Assembly (NCBI GenBank): GCA_964449495.1
Contig: CAYUYX010000001.1
Span: 2,332 to 42,331, forward strand
From: an uncultured Candidatus Bathyarchaeia archaeon
Lineage (GTDB): Archaea; Thermoproteota; Bathyarchaeia; EX4484-135
Direction of reading: 5' to 3'
Length of the DNA stretch: 40,000 bases
The stretch's first letter is position 1. Each line of letters starts with the position of its first letter. A model generated the notes under the pieces. That model was not told where the DNA came from, ran no database searches, and saw only the letters and a program-made list of their open reading frames with translations. This document shows positions 17,179 to 24,628 of the stretch, in pieces. The translations under genes were made by a program, and so were the position numbers.

Positions 17179-17526
17179 TTAAAATATCTTAGGCATGTTC
17201 ATATAGCATACGGCCAAGTACTTTGCGAATCGCTCGTCCGAGGCCCATTTGGCGGCCTCTCGGTAGCCCCAAGAGCGGGCTATTCGTGCTATCCGGCTAG
17301 CGAGCTGGCACCCCACTGTGCGAGTTAAAATACTCACAGGGCTCTCCAGAGCCTCCCTTAGCTTATCCACGATAGCCCTTAATGCCTTAAGTAGCTTCTC
17401 GCTTCTTATGGTACTCACTGCCCTCATGGTTAGGTCGTATATGGATCTCTCGATAGGCGACAGGGCCTTAAACCATACACCCTTACGGAGGGCCCTTCTC
17501 CTAAGGAGTGCCAGCCCACCTAACAT
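17179..17526 (-). CDS. Small hypothetical protein (115 aa, predicted helical, basic), first gene of the minus-strand glycan array
   Basis: The ORF has codon usage like its neighbours, a TATA-like box 24 nt upstream of the ATG, and an 18-nt gap to the next gene. I recognise no family. Confidence 0.5.
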   Translation of the reverse strand: MLGGLALLRRRALRKGVWFKALSPIERSIYDLTMRAVSTIRSEKLLKALRAIVDKLREALESPVSILTRTVGCQLASRIARIARSWGYREAAKWASDERFAKYLAVCYMNMPKIF

Positions 17527-17550
17527 GGCTCCTGTGTCTTAGGCGCTTCA

Positions 17551-17558
17551 TTTATAAG
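17551..17558 (-). promoter_or_regulatory. TATA-box-like element (minus-strand CTTATAAA) for the 17526-to-3859 gene array; implies a leaderless or near-leaderless mRNA
   Basis: The minus strand reads cgaaaatCTTATAAAtgaagcgcctaagacacaggagccATG. There are 24 nt between the box and ATG 17526, a purine-rich BRE-like GAAAA lies just upstream, and this is the only strong A/T box in the divergent 326-nt spacer near this start. Confidence 0.5.
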
Positions 17559-17852
17559 ATTTTCGCCAATTAAGTACCTTAGAACCGGAAATCTAGCATG
17601 GTGAGAAGGAAAGCAAAAGATGACTAAACGCCCCTAAAGACGGATGCTTCTTAACCGTGGGCGTTTTTCCCGGGACAAGCCTACTAACGTAATATGATAC
17701 CGTAGATCTTACCGCAATCCTTATATAGCTTTACCAGCCGAAATAGGCCCTAGCATGATGAGCATAAACGGCTTTTCCTCGCTGAGAGCAAGAGCCTGTC
17801 ATGCTGGTGCACCGGAGTATTATGAGCAGGGCTATGTCTGGGAGGTGCGTGC

Positions 17853-18989
17853 ATGAGAGCCCGGAGGATACCGCCCTTCAGGTACTACTTCCCTCCCGAG
17901 TCCGTGAACAGGATAGTAGGGGGGGTGCGGGAGCTCTTAGAGAGCGGTGACTACCTAACGCAGTGCAAGTACGTGGAGGAGCTTGAGCGTAAGTTCGCCA
18001 GCTACATAGGCGTCAAGCACGCCGTGGCCGTCAGCAACGGAACGGCGGCCCTCGAGATAATCTTCACAGCCCTTGGTGTCAACGGGAGCAAGGTCATCAT
18101 CCCGACTAATACCTTTGCGGCGACGGCCTACGGCGCGATAAGGGCTGGCGGGCGTCCGGTCTTCGTGGATATAGAGGCCGACCTAAACTTCAGTCTTAAC
18201 GATGTCAGGAAGAAGCTCTCCAAGGACGTGAAGGCCGTGGTGCCGGTCCACATAGGGGGCTTGGTGCCGCCGAGGATGGAGGAGCTCATCGAGCTGGCGG
18301 AAAAGAAGGGCTTTCACATTATTGAAGACGCTGCTCATGCTCACGGGAGCGAGCTTAAGGGGCGTAAGGCTGGAACCTTCAGCAAGGCCGCTGCCTTCAG
18401 CTTCTTCTCCACCAAAGTCATGACCACAGGTGAGGGGGGCATGATAGTCACCGATGATGATGAGATAGCCGAGAAGGCCAAGCTGCTCCGGAACCAGGGG
18501 AAGGTCAAGGGGAACCTGATAGGGATCATGGGCTACAACTGGCGTATGACGGAGTTTCAGGCCATAGTAGGACTTGAGCAACTCAGGCTCCTCGACGAGA
18601 TGATAGAGGGACGGAGGAGGGTAGCGAGGATATACGACGAGCTGCTCTCGGGCCACCCAGTGCTTAAGGTCCTCGAGATACCAGAGGAATCGAAGACAAA
18701 CTATTACAAGTACATAGTGTTCCTCCCGAAGGGCCGTAAGCCAGATGTTCTTAAAGCCTTCCTAAAGGAGAAGTATGGAGTTGAGCTGGCTGGCTACGTG
18801 TATGAGGTTCCCCTCCACCGCCAGCCCGTGTTTAAAGAGTACGTAAGTAGCTCAGAGGAGTTCCCTGTGGCCGATGACCTCTGCTACCGCCACATAGCCC
18901 TGCCCATCTACCCGCAGATGACGGAGGAGGAAGCCCATTATGTCGTGGAATGCCTGAACAAGGCCCTAAGGAGGCTGGGGTGGATGTGA
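17853..18989 (+). CDS. DegT/DnrJ/EryC1/StrS-family PLP-dependent sugar aminotransferase (paralogue of 4760..5887)
   Basis: 378 aa with the same motif set (NGTAALEIIF, EDAAHAHGSE, FSFFSTKVMTTGEGG). A GGAGGTG Shine-Dalgarno-like sequence lies 6 nt upstream of the ATG. Confidence 0.9.
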   Translation: MRARRIPPFRYYFPPESVNRIVGGVRELLESGDYLTQCKYVEELERKFASYIGVKHAVAVSNGTAALEIIFTALGVNGSKVIIPTNTFAATAYGAIRAGGRPVFVDIEADLNFSLNDVRKKLSKDVKAVVPVHIGGLVPPRMEELIELAEKKGFHIIEDAAHAHGSELKGRKAGTFSKAAAFSFFSTKVMTTGEGGMIVTDDDEIAEKAKLLRNQGKVKGNLIGIMGYNWRMTEFQAIVGLEQLRLLDEMIEGRRRVARIYDELLSGHPVLKVLEIPEESKTNYYKYIVFLPKGRKPDVLKAFLKEKYGVELAGYVYEVPLHRQPVFKEYVSSSEEFPVADDLCYRHIALPIYPQMTEEEAHYVVECLNKALRRLGWM

Positions 18990-19879
18990 TGCTGGTCGCC
19001 GTGACGGGCGGCTCCGGCTTCATAGGCAGCTTCCTCGTAGGACGCCTCCTCAAAGAAGGCCATGAAGTCGTGAATGTGGACATAAGGAGGAGCTATAACC
19101 TCGGCGAGTTCCACATGGCAGACATCCGCAACCTTGATCAGCTCTTAGAGGCCCTTGACGGCATTGACGTGGTTTTCCACCTAGCCGGCACGGTCCTGAA
19201 CACGGCGAGAAAGAACCCCCACCTCGCCGTCCAACTCGATGTCCTCGGGACGGCTAATGTCCTCGAGGCCTGCGTGAAGAACGAGGTCGAGAAGGTGCTC
19301 TACGCAAGCAGCTTCTACGTCTACGATGGCATACCCCCTGAGCGCAGCGTCGACGAGGGCGATAGGTCGAGCATATTCGATGCCGAGATGTTCGGCGTGG
19401 TAAAGCTCATGGGAGAGCGCTTGATCCTCGAGTACAGCCGTAAATACGGGCTCAAGTACGTGATACTCAGGTTCGGGCCCGTTTATGGCCCCCACAGGCG
19501 CTGCTCCTGCGTGGTATGCGATTTCATACTCGAGGGCCTGAGGGGGAACCCCATAGTGGTCTGGGGCGAGGGGAGGAGGAAGAACCAATACACGTATGTC
19601 GAGGATGTAGTAGATGGATGTATCAGGGCCTTTAAGGCCGAGGACACAATTTACAACCTCATATCCCCGGATTACATAAGCATAGGAGAGCTGGCCGAGC
19701 TCCTGGCCTCGAAGTACGGCTTCCACGTCGAGTTCGACCGCAGCAAGAAAGAGGGGCCCAGCATGCCCTACATATCCCCCAGGAAGGCCATAGAGGAGCT
19801 GGGCTGGAGGCCCATGAGCCTCGATGAGGGCATCGAGAGGACCTATGAGGGCTTCAGGGAGATGCTGGAGGGGCCATGA
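18989..19879 (+). CDS. NAD-dependent epimerase/dehydratase family protein (paralogue of 3859..4758), atypical active site
   Basis: MLVAVTGGSGFIGSFL starts at ATG 18989, a 1-nt overlap with the DegT stop. The ORF-track start at 18950 lies inside DegT. MFGVVKLMGE again has Phe (19391-19393) at the YxxxK tyrosine position. Confidence 0.85.
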   Translation: MLVAVTGGSGFIGSFLVGRLLKEGHEVVNVDIRRSYNLGEFHMADIRNLDQLLEALDGIDVVFHLAGTVLNTARKNPHLAVQLDVLGTANVLEACVKNEVEKVLYASSFYVYDGIPPERSVDEGDRSSIFDAEMFGVVKLMGERLILEYSRKYGLKYVILRFGPVYGPHRRCSCVVCDFILEGLRGNPIVVWGEGRRKNQYTYVEDVVDGCIRAFKAEDTIYNLISPDYISIGELAELLASKYGFHVEFDRSKKEGPSMPYISPRKAIEELGWRPMSLDEGIERTYEGFREMLEGP

Positions 19880-20544
19880 GTTTCACGGGTCCCCGGGAAC
19901 TCTTGGCCTCCATCATAATACCCACCTTCAACGAGGTCGAGACGATAGGCTTATTGATAAAACGCCTTGAGGAACTTCCCTTCGAGAAGGAGATCATAGT
20001 GGTCGATGACGGTAGCACGGACGGGACGGTGGAGGTGGTCAGGAAGCTCATGAGGGAGTACGATAACGTCAGGCTCGTGCTCAGGGGGCGTAAGATGGGC
20101 ATCGGCTCGGCCTACAAGGACGGCTTTAAGCTCGCGAAGGGGAATGTGATAGTCCAGATGGACGCTGACATGAGCCATGACCCGGGCGACCTGCCTAGCC
20201 TCCTCAGGGCCTTGAGGCGCTCCGACCTCGTGATAGGGAGCAGGTACATCCCTGGCGGCAGGATAGTCAATTGGCCTCTCCACAGGAGGCTCATCAGCTA
20301 TGGGGCTAACCTCTTGGCCAAGCTGCTCTTGGGCCTCAAGGTTCATGATGCTACATCCGGCTTCAGGGCCTACAGGCGCTCAGCCTTCGAGAAGATAATC
20401 TCCTCCTGCCTCTCGAGCGGTTTCGATTTCCAGGTTGAGGCGGTTTTCGTAGCTTCCATCCTCGGCCTCAGGGTAGCCGAGAGCCCCATCAGGTTCACGG
20501 GCAGGACAAAGCTCGGCCTTAAGAACATATACTTAACTTCATAG
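19876..20544 (+). CDS. Glycosyltransferase family 2, dolichol-phosphate mannosyl/glucosyltransferase-like (Dpm1-type)
   Basis: 222 aa. Motifs are SIIIPTFNEVETI, IIVVDDGSTDGT, GIGSAYKDGF, MDADMSHDP, VIGSRYIPGG and DATSGFRAY. There is an ATGA overlap with the SDR stop. The C-terminus (GRTKLGLKNIYLTS*) may be slightly short. Confidence 0.85.
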   Translation: MSFTGPRELLASIIIPTFNEVETIGLLIKRLEELPFEKEIIVVDDGSTDGTVEVVRKLMREYDNVRLVLRGRKMGIGSAYKDGFKLAKGNVIVQMDADMSHDPGDLPSLLRALRRSDLVIGSRYIPGGRIVNWPLHRRLISYGANLLAKLLLGLKVHDATSGFRAYRRSAFEKIISSCLSSGFDFQVEAVFVASILGLRVAESPIRFTGRTKLGLKNIYLTS

Positions 20545-20942
20545 TCTTCTTAATCATGCTAAGGAGAAGAGGCTAAACTATCAGAACCCCTTGTAATCGT
20601 TTAAGGGGATAAAGACTTAATAGCATGTTGCTCTAGTAGATCGGGTAAGTGCCCCCGGTATTGCTCTGCGCTATTAACGGGCTAGCACGTATTAGAAGCG
20701 AAACTCGGCGCTAACGATGCGTGTTAGTTGGCGCTTTAATCCTCATAGGAGCGTGGGCTAGTCTCGGGTATCATTTATTGTATAAATGGCTAAAGATATG
20801 AATGCCTACCTACTCTGGACGCTTAACTTCCTTGAGATGTAACATGTTCGGATTTAAGGAGGTCTTTACCAACCACGACATAGCTATCTACAGAGCGCTC
20901 GCTTGAAAAACTTTTAACCCCACATTAAGGTGAGGGGCAGGC

Positions 20943-21309
20943 ATGGCGGAGGACGCCATAGCAAGGGTAGCCAGAGGTTCCTCGCTCCTCCTTCTAGGCC
21001 AGCTCATCTCTAATCTTATAGCCATAGGTGCCTTCATGTTCATAGCCAGAGGGATATCCAGGGCCGAGATGGGGATCGCCACCATAACCAACCTGCTCAT
21101 AATGTTAGGCGTTATACTGTCCGGCGCTGGCGTGCCCATCTCCTCCATCAGATTTATCTCCGAGTCTATAGGAGCAGGTTCCGACTACAGACCGCTTATC
21201 ACGGCCAGCATCCTCAAACGCTTCGGGCCGGGAGGGCTCCTTTCACAAGTCCAGAATGCGGGAGTTGAGGGCCTTCCTAACCTACGGTATCGCAATAGTA
21301 ATGCCTTAA
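20943..21309 (+). pseudogene. Remnant of a Wzx/MOP-type polysaccharide flippase gene
   Basis: The first ~90 codons (ARGSSLLLLGQLISNLIAIGAFMFIARGISRAEMGIATI...ISSIRFISESIGAGSDYRPLITASIL) align with the N-terminus of the intact flippase at 32977..34545 (VRGSAHMLALSLATNIISIVVFMFMTRKLAVAEMGVWTA...PVKFISQAIGAGEDYGSIAASIL). Similarity is then lost. A short out-of-frame piece (MRELRAFLTYGIAIVMP*, 21256-21309) may be a further fragment. Confidence 0.6.
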
Positions 21310-21373
21310 GCGTGCCTCAGAGGCCTGCAGGCGCGTGTAAACCGATATTACGGTCCTCTGCCAGATCCGGTGT

Positions 21374-21460
21374 GGCCGGGCCAGTGAAGTGCGGCTGATG
21401 GCTAAGCTTCTTAACACACTTAACTAAGGTACTGAGAGCCGCACATTTGGAGGCCCGGCC
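21374..21460. repeat. GC-rich bipartite inverted repeat (9 bp + 8 bp perfect stems) forming an 87-nt hairpin
   Basis: The outer arms are ggccgggcc (21374-21382) and ggcccggcc (21452-21460). The inner arms are gtgcggct (21389-21396) and agccgcac (21437-21444). The apical region is about 40 nt. It lies between the 3' end of vapC and the flippase remnant. Confidence 0.6.
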
Positions 21461-21486
21461 CTCATAGTAAATTTAAGCTCCGGTCA

Positions 21487-21903
21487 TCAGAGCTCAGGTA
21501 CTGGGTCTATCACCCTTACGTCAGGGATGCGCTTAAAGGCCTTGTCGTGGGTCATTAGGATATCGATATTCAATTTTCTCATGCTCGCCAATATGGTCGC
21601 ATCTCGCCCTCCTATTCCTAAGTGTGAGTATTTTACGAGCAATCGCACGGACATGAGTGCGAGATCATAGGTGAGGTCCACGACCGCGAAGGGAAAGCCC
21701 AGGAAGACATCGAGCTTTCTCCAGCCCTCCTCAGCGCCCAGGTTCTTGATCAGAAAATGTGCTACTTCCATGATTATCACCGTATTTATGGCTATTTCCT
21801 TGGCTCTCAGCGCTTCCTCAACCGGTTTTACTACGTATTTATGCTCGGGGGCTCTTTCATCGAAGTAGTAGGCCCAGATGTTAGAGTCCACGAACAGCAT
21901 CAT
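21487..21903 (-). CDS. vapC: PIN-domain ribonuclease toxin (VapC)
   Basis: 138 aa. It has LFVDSNIW (first acidic residue), IMEVAHF, GGRDATI and MTHDKAF, a PIN acidic quartet pattern. Its start overlaps the stop of the upstream antitoxin by 1 nt. Confidence 0.85.
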   Translation of the reverse strand: MMLFVDSNIWAYYFDERAPEHKYVVKPVEEALRAKEIAINTVIIMEVAHFLIKNLGAEEGWRKLDVFLGFPFAVVDLTYDLALMSVRLLVKYSHLGIGGRDATILASMRKLNIDILMTHDKAFKRIPDVRVIDPVPEL

Positions 21904-22127
21904 TATGTCCTCCAGATCCGCTTAAGCTCCTCCGGCCTGATCTTGGAGCCCTTAATGCAACCCCTCAGCTCGGATATGAATTCCTCGGGACCTATGCCCG
22001 GCTTGAGGAGGACCTCCCGGCCCCTCACCTCGAGGATTAGGGTCTGGCCAGGCCTCAGGCCAAGCTCATCCAATACCTCCTTGGGAAGCCGCACTCTGCC
22101 CTCCTCATCTAATATCACATTAGGCAC
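21903..22127 (-). CDS. vapB: AbrB/SpoVT-type antitoxin (VapB)
   Basis: 74 aa with a GTG start. The sequence PNVILDEEGRVRLPKEVLDELGLRPGQTLILEVRGREVLLKP is a swapped-hairpin AbrB-like motif. The gene is coupled to vapC. Confidence 0.8.
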   Translation of the reverse strand: MPNVILDEEGRVRLPKEVLDELGLRPGQTLILEVRGREVLLKPGIGPEEFISELRGCIKGSKIRPEELKRIWRT

Positions 22128-22202
22128 CGCACGACACCGGACTAGATGATGCGCTGCCCTACTTTAAATCTTTACCAATAAAACGGGGATATTCGTTGTA
22201 GT

Positions 22203-22278
22203 TGGCGGGGCCGCGGGATTTGAATCCGGGACCTGTGACTTAGAAGTCCCCGCTCTATTTAGGCTGAGCTACGGGCCC
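22203..22278 (-). tRNA. tRNA-like sequence, probably a degenerate tRNA (Arg-UCU-type anticodon loop CTTCTAA) rather than a functional gene
   Basis: The minus strand is GGGCCCGTAGCTCAGCCTAAATAGAGCGGGGACTTCTAAGTCACAGGTCCCGGATTCAAATCCCGCGGCCCCGCCA, 76 nt including CCA. It resembles archaeal tRNA (GTAGCTCAG, GAGC, TTCAAATCC). The acceptor stem has a C:C mismatch, the D-loop lacks GG, and the anticodon and T stems pair poorly. Confidence 0.45.
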
Positions 22279-22390
22279 AAAGGGCCGGTCTTCCAAACTA
22301 TTACTTTACAACTCCTAAAAGTGATTCACCAATAGGAAGCACTATAACGCTTATACGGCCCTTGGCTACCAGATCGCCAGGTGTCGGTAT

Positions 22391-22938
22391 ATGGGCGTGG
22401 ACCACGGATTGAATTGGTCAGGATGGAATAGACTTGCCGACATCAAAATAGATGACGTGCCCGATAGGCCCGGTGTTTACCAAGTGAGGTGCGTGGATGC
22501 GGACGGGGGCCTGTTCGCATATTCAGAGCAGGGGGCGTAGATGGCGAAGGCATACTCTTCGTCGGGCGGGGCAGGAGCCTCAGAAAGCGCATAGGGGAGC
22601 TTAAAAGAGCCCTGATCTCCGGCGGCAGGGGGCATTCTGAAGCAGCTACCTATGTCCGCTACGGCTTCGCCAGGCAATTCCCCCCAGATAGGCTTGAAAT
22701 CCGGTGGGCAGAACTCCAGAGCGAGGATGAGGCAAGGAGAGCAGAAGCCATGCTCCTCAACAAGTATATGCACGCTTACCTGGATACCCCGCCTCTTAAC
22801 CTACAGGCCACGAGGGGCTTCCACGACGAGCTACTAGCGGATGCCCTTGAGATGGCCGAGGAGCTTTTGAGGGACATGCCCGTCCAGCCCCGGGGCTCTA
22901 TCTCCGCTCTCGTGAGGGAGAACCGTGATAGTCATTGA
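22391..22938 (+). pseudogene. GIY-YIG-like nuclease-domain gene, frame broken at a G5 run; its C-terminal tail resembles the end of a VapB-type antitoxin
   Basis: The frame from ATG 22391 reads MGVDHGLNWSGWNRLADIKIDDVPDRPGVYQVRCVDADGG and stops at 22538-22540. The -1 frame continues PVRIFRAGGVDGEGILFVGRGRSLRKRIGELKRAL...EARRAEAMLLNKYMHAYLDTPPLN. One extra G in the run 22505-22509 would join them. The spacing of GVY..FVG..R..E..N is loose, so the family call is tentative. Confidence 0.45.
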
Positions 22939-23080
22939 TGCCTCCGCTCTAGCAGCATATCTGCTGCGTGAGGAGGGATTCGAGGAAATACGCAAGTATC
23001 TACGGAGGGGCGTTATCAGCGTGAGCTTAGCGCCGAAGGAAGTATCGAATGCCATCTTGACCGCCTGGAGAAGAGGCAGC
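22922..23080 (+). pseudogene. 5' fragment of a PIN-domain (vapC) gene
   Basis: VIVIDASALAAYLLREEGFEEIRKYLRRGVISVSLAPKEVSNAILTAWRRG is a typical PIN N-terminus (DAS acidic residue). Similarity stops at about 23080, where the minus-strand tnpB fragment begins. Confidence 0.55.
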
Positions 23081-23084
23081 CAGC

Positions 23085-23530
23085 CCCTATACTGCCCGTG
23101 CCACCGCTCCACGTAGCACAGCTTGTAGGCCCTCCGCCCGTCAAGCGTGAGAATGCTTACCTCATCGTGAGCCTTGAACGTATAGGATTGCTTAGATGTA
23201 AGAACCATTCACAATCCCCTTATCACAGGTCTTCTGCCACGCTTCGGGTTCCTAAGCCACCCCTTCGCTATCCATATACCTTGCCTAATGGCGTCTTGGG
23301 CCAGGCGGGCCGGAGGCCATAACGCTCCCTGAGCAAGCGATAGAGAGCACGATGGACTCTTGCCAGCCCCGTCTGCCGTGTCCTGATGACGTAATCTACA
23401 ACATACCTTACAGCCTCGCGCCATACACGCATGGTATCGAGGAGGACAGGGACCTGGGTGGCTCCCTTAGGGGCAACCCTCACGGCAAAACTCAAGGTTG
23501 CTTGAACCCTCACTGGTAGCCACAAAGCGA
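23085..23530 (-). pseudogene. N-terminal ~150-codon remnant of a second, diverged tnpB (IS200/IS605 OrfB) gene with frame disruptions
   Basis: Three consecutive minus-strand frame pieces align in order with the N-terminus of the intact TnpB at 25517..26857. They are VQATLSFAVRVAPKG..VWREAVRYVVDYVIRT..RVHRALYRLLRERYGL, then QDAIRQGIWIAKGWLRNPKRGRRPVI, then LTSKQSYTFKAHDEVSILTLDGRRAYKLCYVERWHGQYRGW (compare WTVSIATPRGRAKFRLLHGQYHEKF). Confidence 0.6.
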
Positions 23531-23711
23531 ACTCTAAACATGATAAATATAAAGCCTGCCATGCCCATCTCATACGGCCTGTTCAGGAGATGGATAAAAC
23601 TAAACCTAGATTTTTCAACAGCCTATCTGATGTCATTAACCCATTAATGTGGGCGGGGGATGGCCTTGGTGAGAGCCGTGATGCTATGAGCCTCGCCTAC
23701 GGCCCTTAAGG

Positions 23712-24407
23712 CTATAAGCTCGTGTAAACATCTATGCCTAGTTCTTTGGCCAGTTTCTTGGCTTCCTCCCTAACAAATGGGGATACTATGGCAAGCCTTG
23801 GCTTCACGCCCTTAATACGCTCGTAGAGCTGGCCCACCTTCCAGAGCTCATAGACATCTGCCCTGGAGACGCTAGATTTTATCTCCACTAAGATGTGTTC
23901 CTTATCACTAATGACCATATCCACCTCCACGGGGCTTGGAAAACCGAACACGAATCCCTCCTCGTCGTAGTGCGTCCAGCGCTCCACCCGGCCGCCGAAA
24001 TAGCGCTCCACTACACCCACCATGCCTGCCCTAAAGGATTCCTCGGCTAGTATTCCCCACCTAGCCCCCAAGGCGTCTATGTGCCTACGGAGGAGTTCGA
24101 AGCCCTTGTTCATATCCTCCCTGAGCCTGGCCAGCTCTTCATCATAGCGCTTAAAACCCTTGTTCATATCCTCCCTCAACTTATTCATGTCCTCCCTAAG
24201 CTTAATTAGCTCTTCATCGTAACGCTTGAATCCCCTGTTCATGTCATCCCTTAGCTTGACTAATTGTGCCTCATGGCTATCGAGCCTCTTCAATATCTCC
24301 TCAAGCCCTATCAACCCGGCTACAGCATAACGGAACTCCTCATCTTCCTTCAACAACCTCAGTATCTCGGACTTCAGGCTCCCCATGTCCCGCCCAGGCT
24401 CAGGCAC
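23712..24407 (-). CDS. Coiled-coil protein with C-terminal PD-(D/E)xK nuclease-like domain (resembles the DUF3782-type family common in Thermoproteales; from memory)
   Basis: 231 aa. The N-terminal half holds heptad-like repeats (LREDMNKGFKRYDEEL). The C-terminal half reads GARWGILAEESFR...VEVDMVISDKEHILVEIKSS, a D...E-x-K pattern. Confidence 0.65.
   Translation of the reverse strand: MPEPGRDMGSLKSEILRLLKEDEEFRYAVAGLIGLEEILKRLDSHEAQLVKLRDDMNRGFKRYDEELIKLREDMNKLREDMNKGFKRYDEELARLREDMNKGFELLRRHIDALGARWGILAEESFRAGMVGVVERYFGGRVERWTHYDEEGFVFGFPSPVEVDMVISDKEHILVEIKSSVSRADVYELWKVGQLYERIKGVKPRLAIVSPFVREEAKKLAKELGIDVYTSL
24100..24258 (-). repeat. Short in-frame tandem repeats (54-nt unit plus partial units) in the coiled-coil region
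   Basis: The protein reads LRDDMNRGFKRYDEELIK / LREDMNK / LREDMNKGFKRYDEELAR / LREDMNKGFELL. The DNA motif gttcatatcctccct and its variants recur four times on the plus strand. Confidence 0.7.
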
Positions 24408-24628
24408 TTAATTCCTTATAAGCCTAATGCCCTACCCAATCGGGGCGTCCCGCTCAGAGCGGGATGCTGAGCTACCGCGATGTGGTACTCCTCGGCCGCG
24501 TGCTCCCCAAGCCCATCGAGCGCCTCGTGCTCCTCATCGAAAAGCTCCTACGCCCCGCTATTCAACAGAACCCATCTAGCTAAGTTTTAAGAGCCTCGGT
24601 AGAAATCAATTAAGGGCGGGCTATCGCA

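Noticed and set aside
18183-20346. Long minus-strand ORFs (18183..18656, 18832..19083, 19181..19726, 19854..20102, 19951..20346)
   Set aside because: They are antisense to the GC-rich DegT-SDR-GT2 operon, where stop codons are rare in GC-rich antisense frames. I saw no family signatures.
20943-21398. 151-aa ORF as an intact small membrane protein
   Set aside because: Only the first ~90 residues resemble a flippase N-terminus. The rest is Pro/Gly/Arg-rich read-through that runs into the hairpin region. I treat it as a pseudogene remnant.
22136-22200. Possible C/D-box sRNA (agATGATGCgc at about 22145), and another candidate at about 27808 (GTGATGC…)
   Set aside because: No properly spaced D box (CUGA) or terminal stem pairing could be found by eye within 50-70 nt. 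The support is insufficient.
22203-22278. An intron-containing tRNA as the explanation for the poor anticodon stem
   Set aside because: The total length is exactly 76 nt with CCA, leaving no room for an intron or a bulge-helix-bulge motif. The defects are spread over all arms, which fits decay better.
22834-23208. 124-aa minus-strand ORF as a gene
   Set aside because: It is a composite. Its N-terminal third is a piece of the tnpB remnant, and the remainder is antisense to the vapC fragment and the GIY-YIG-like gene tail.
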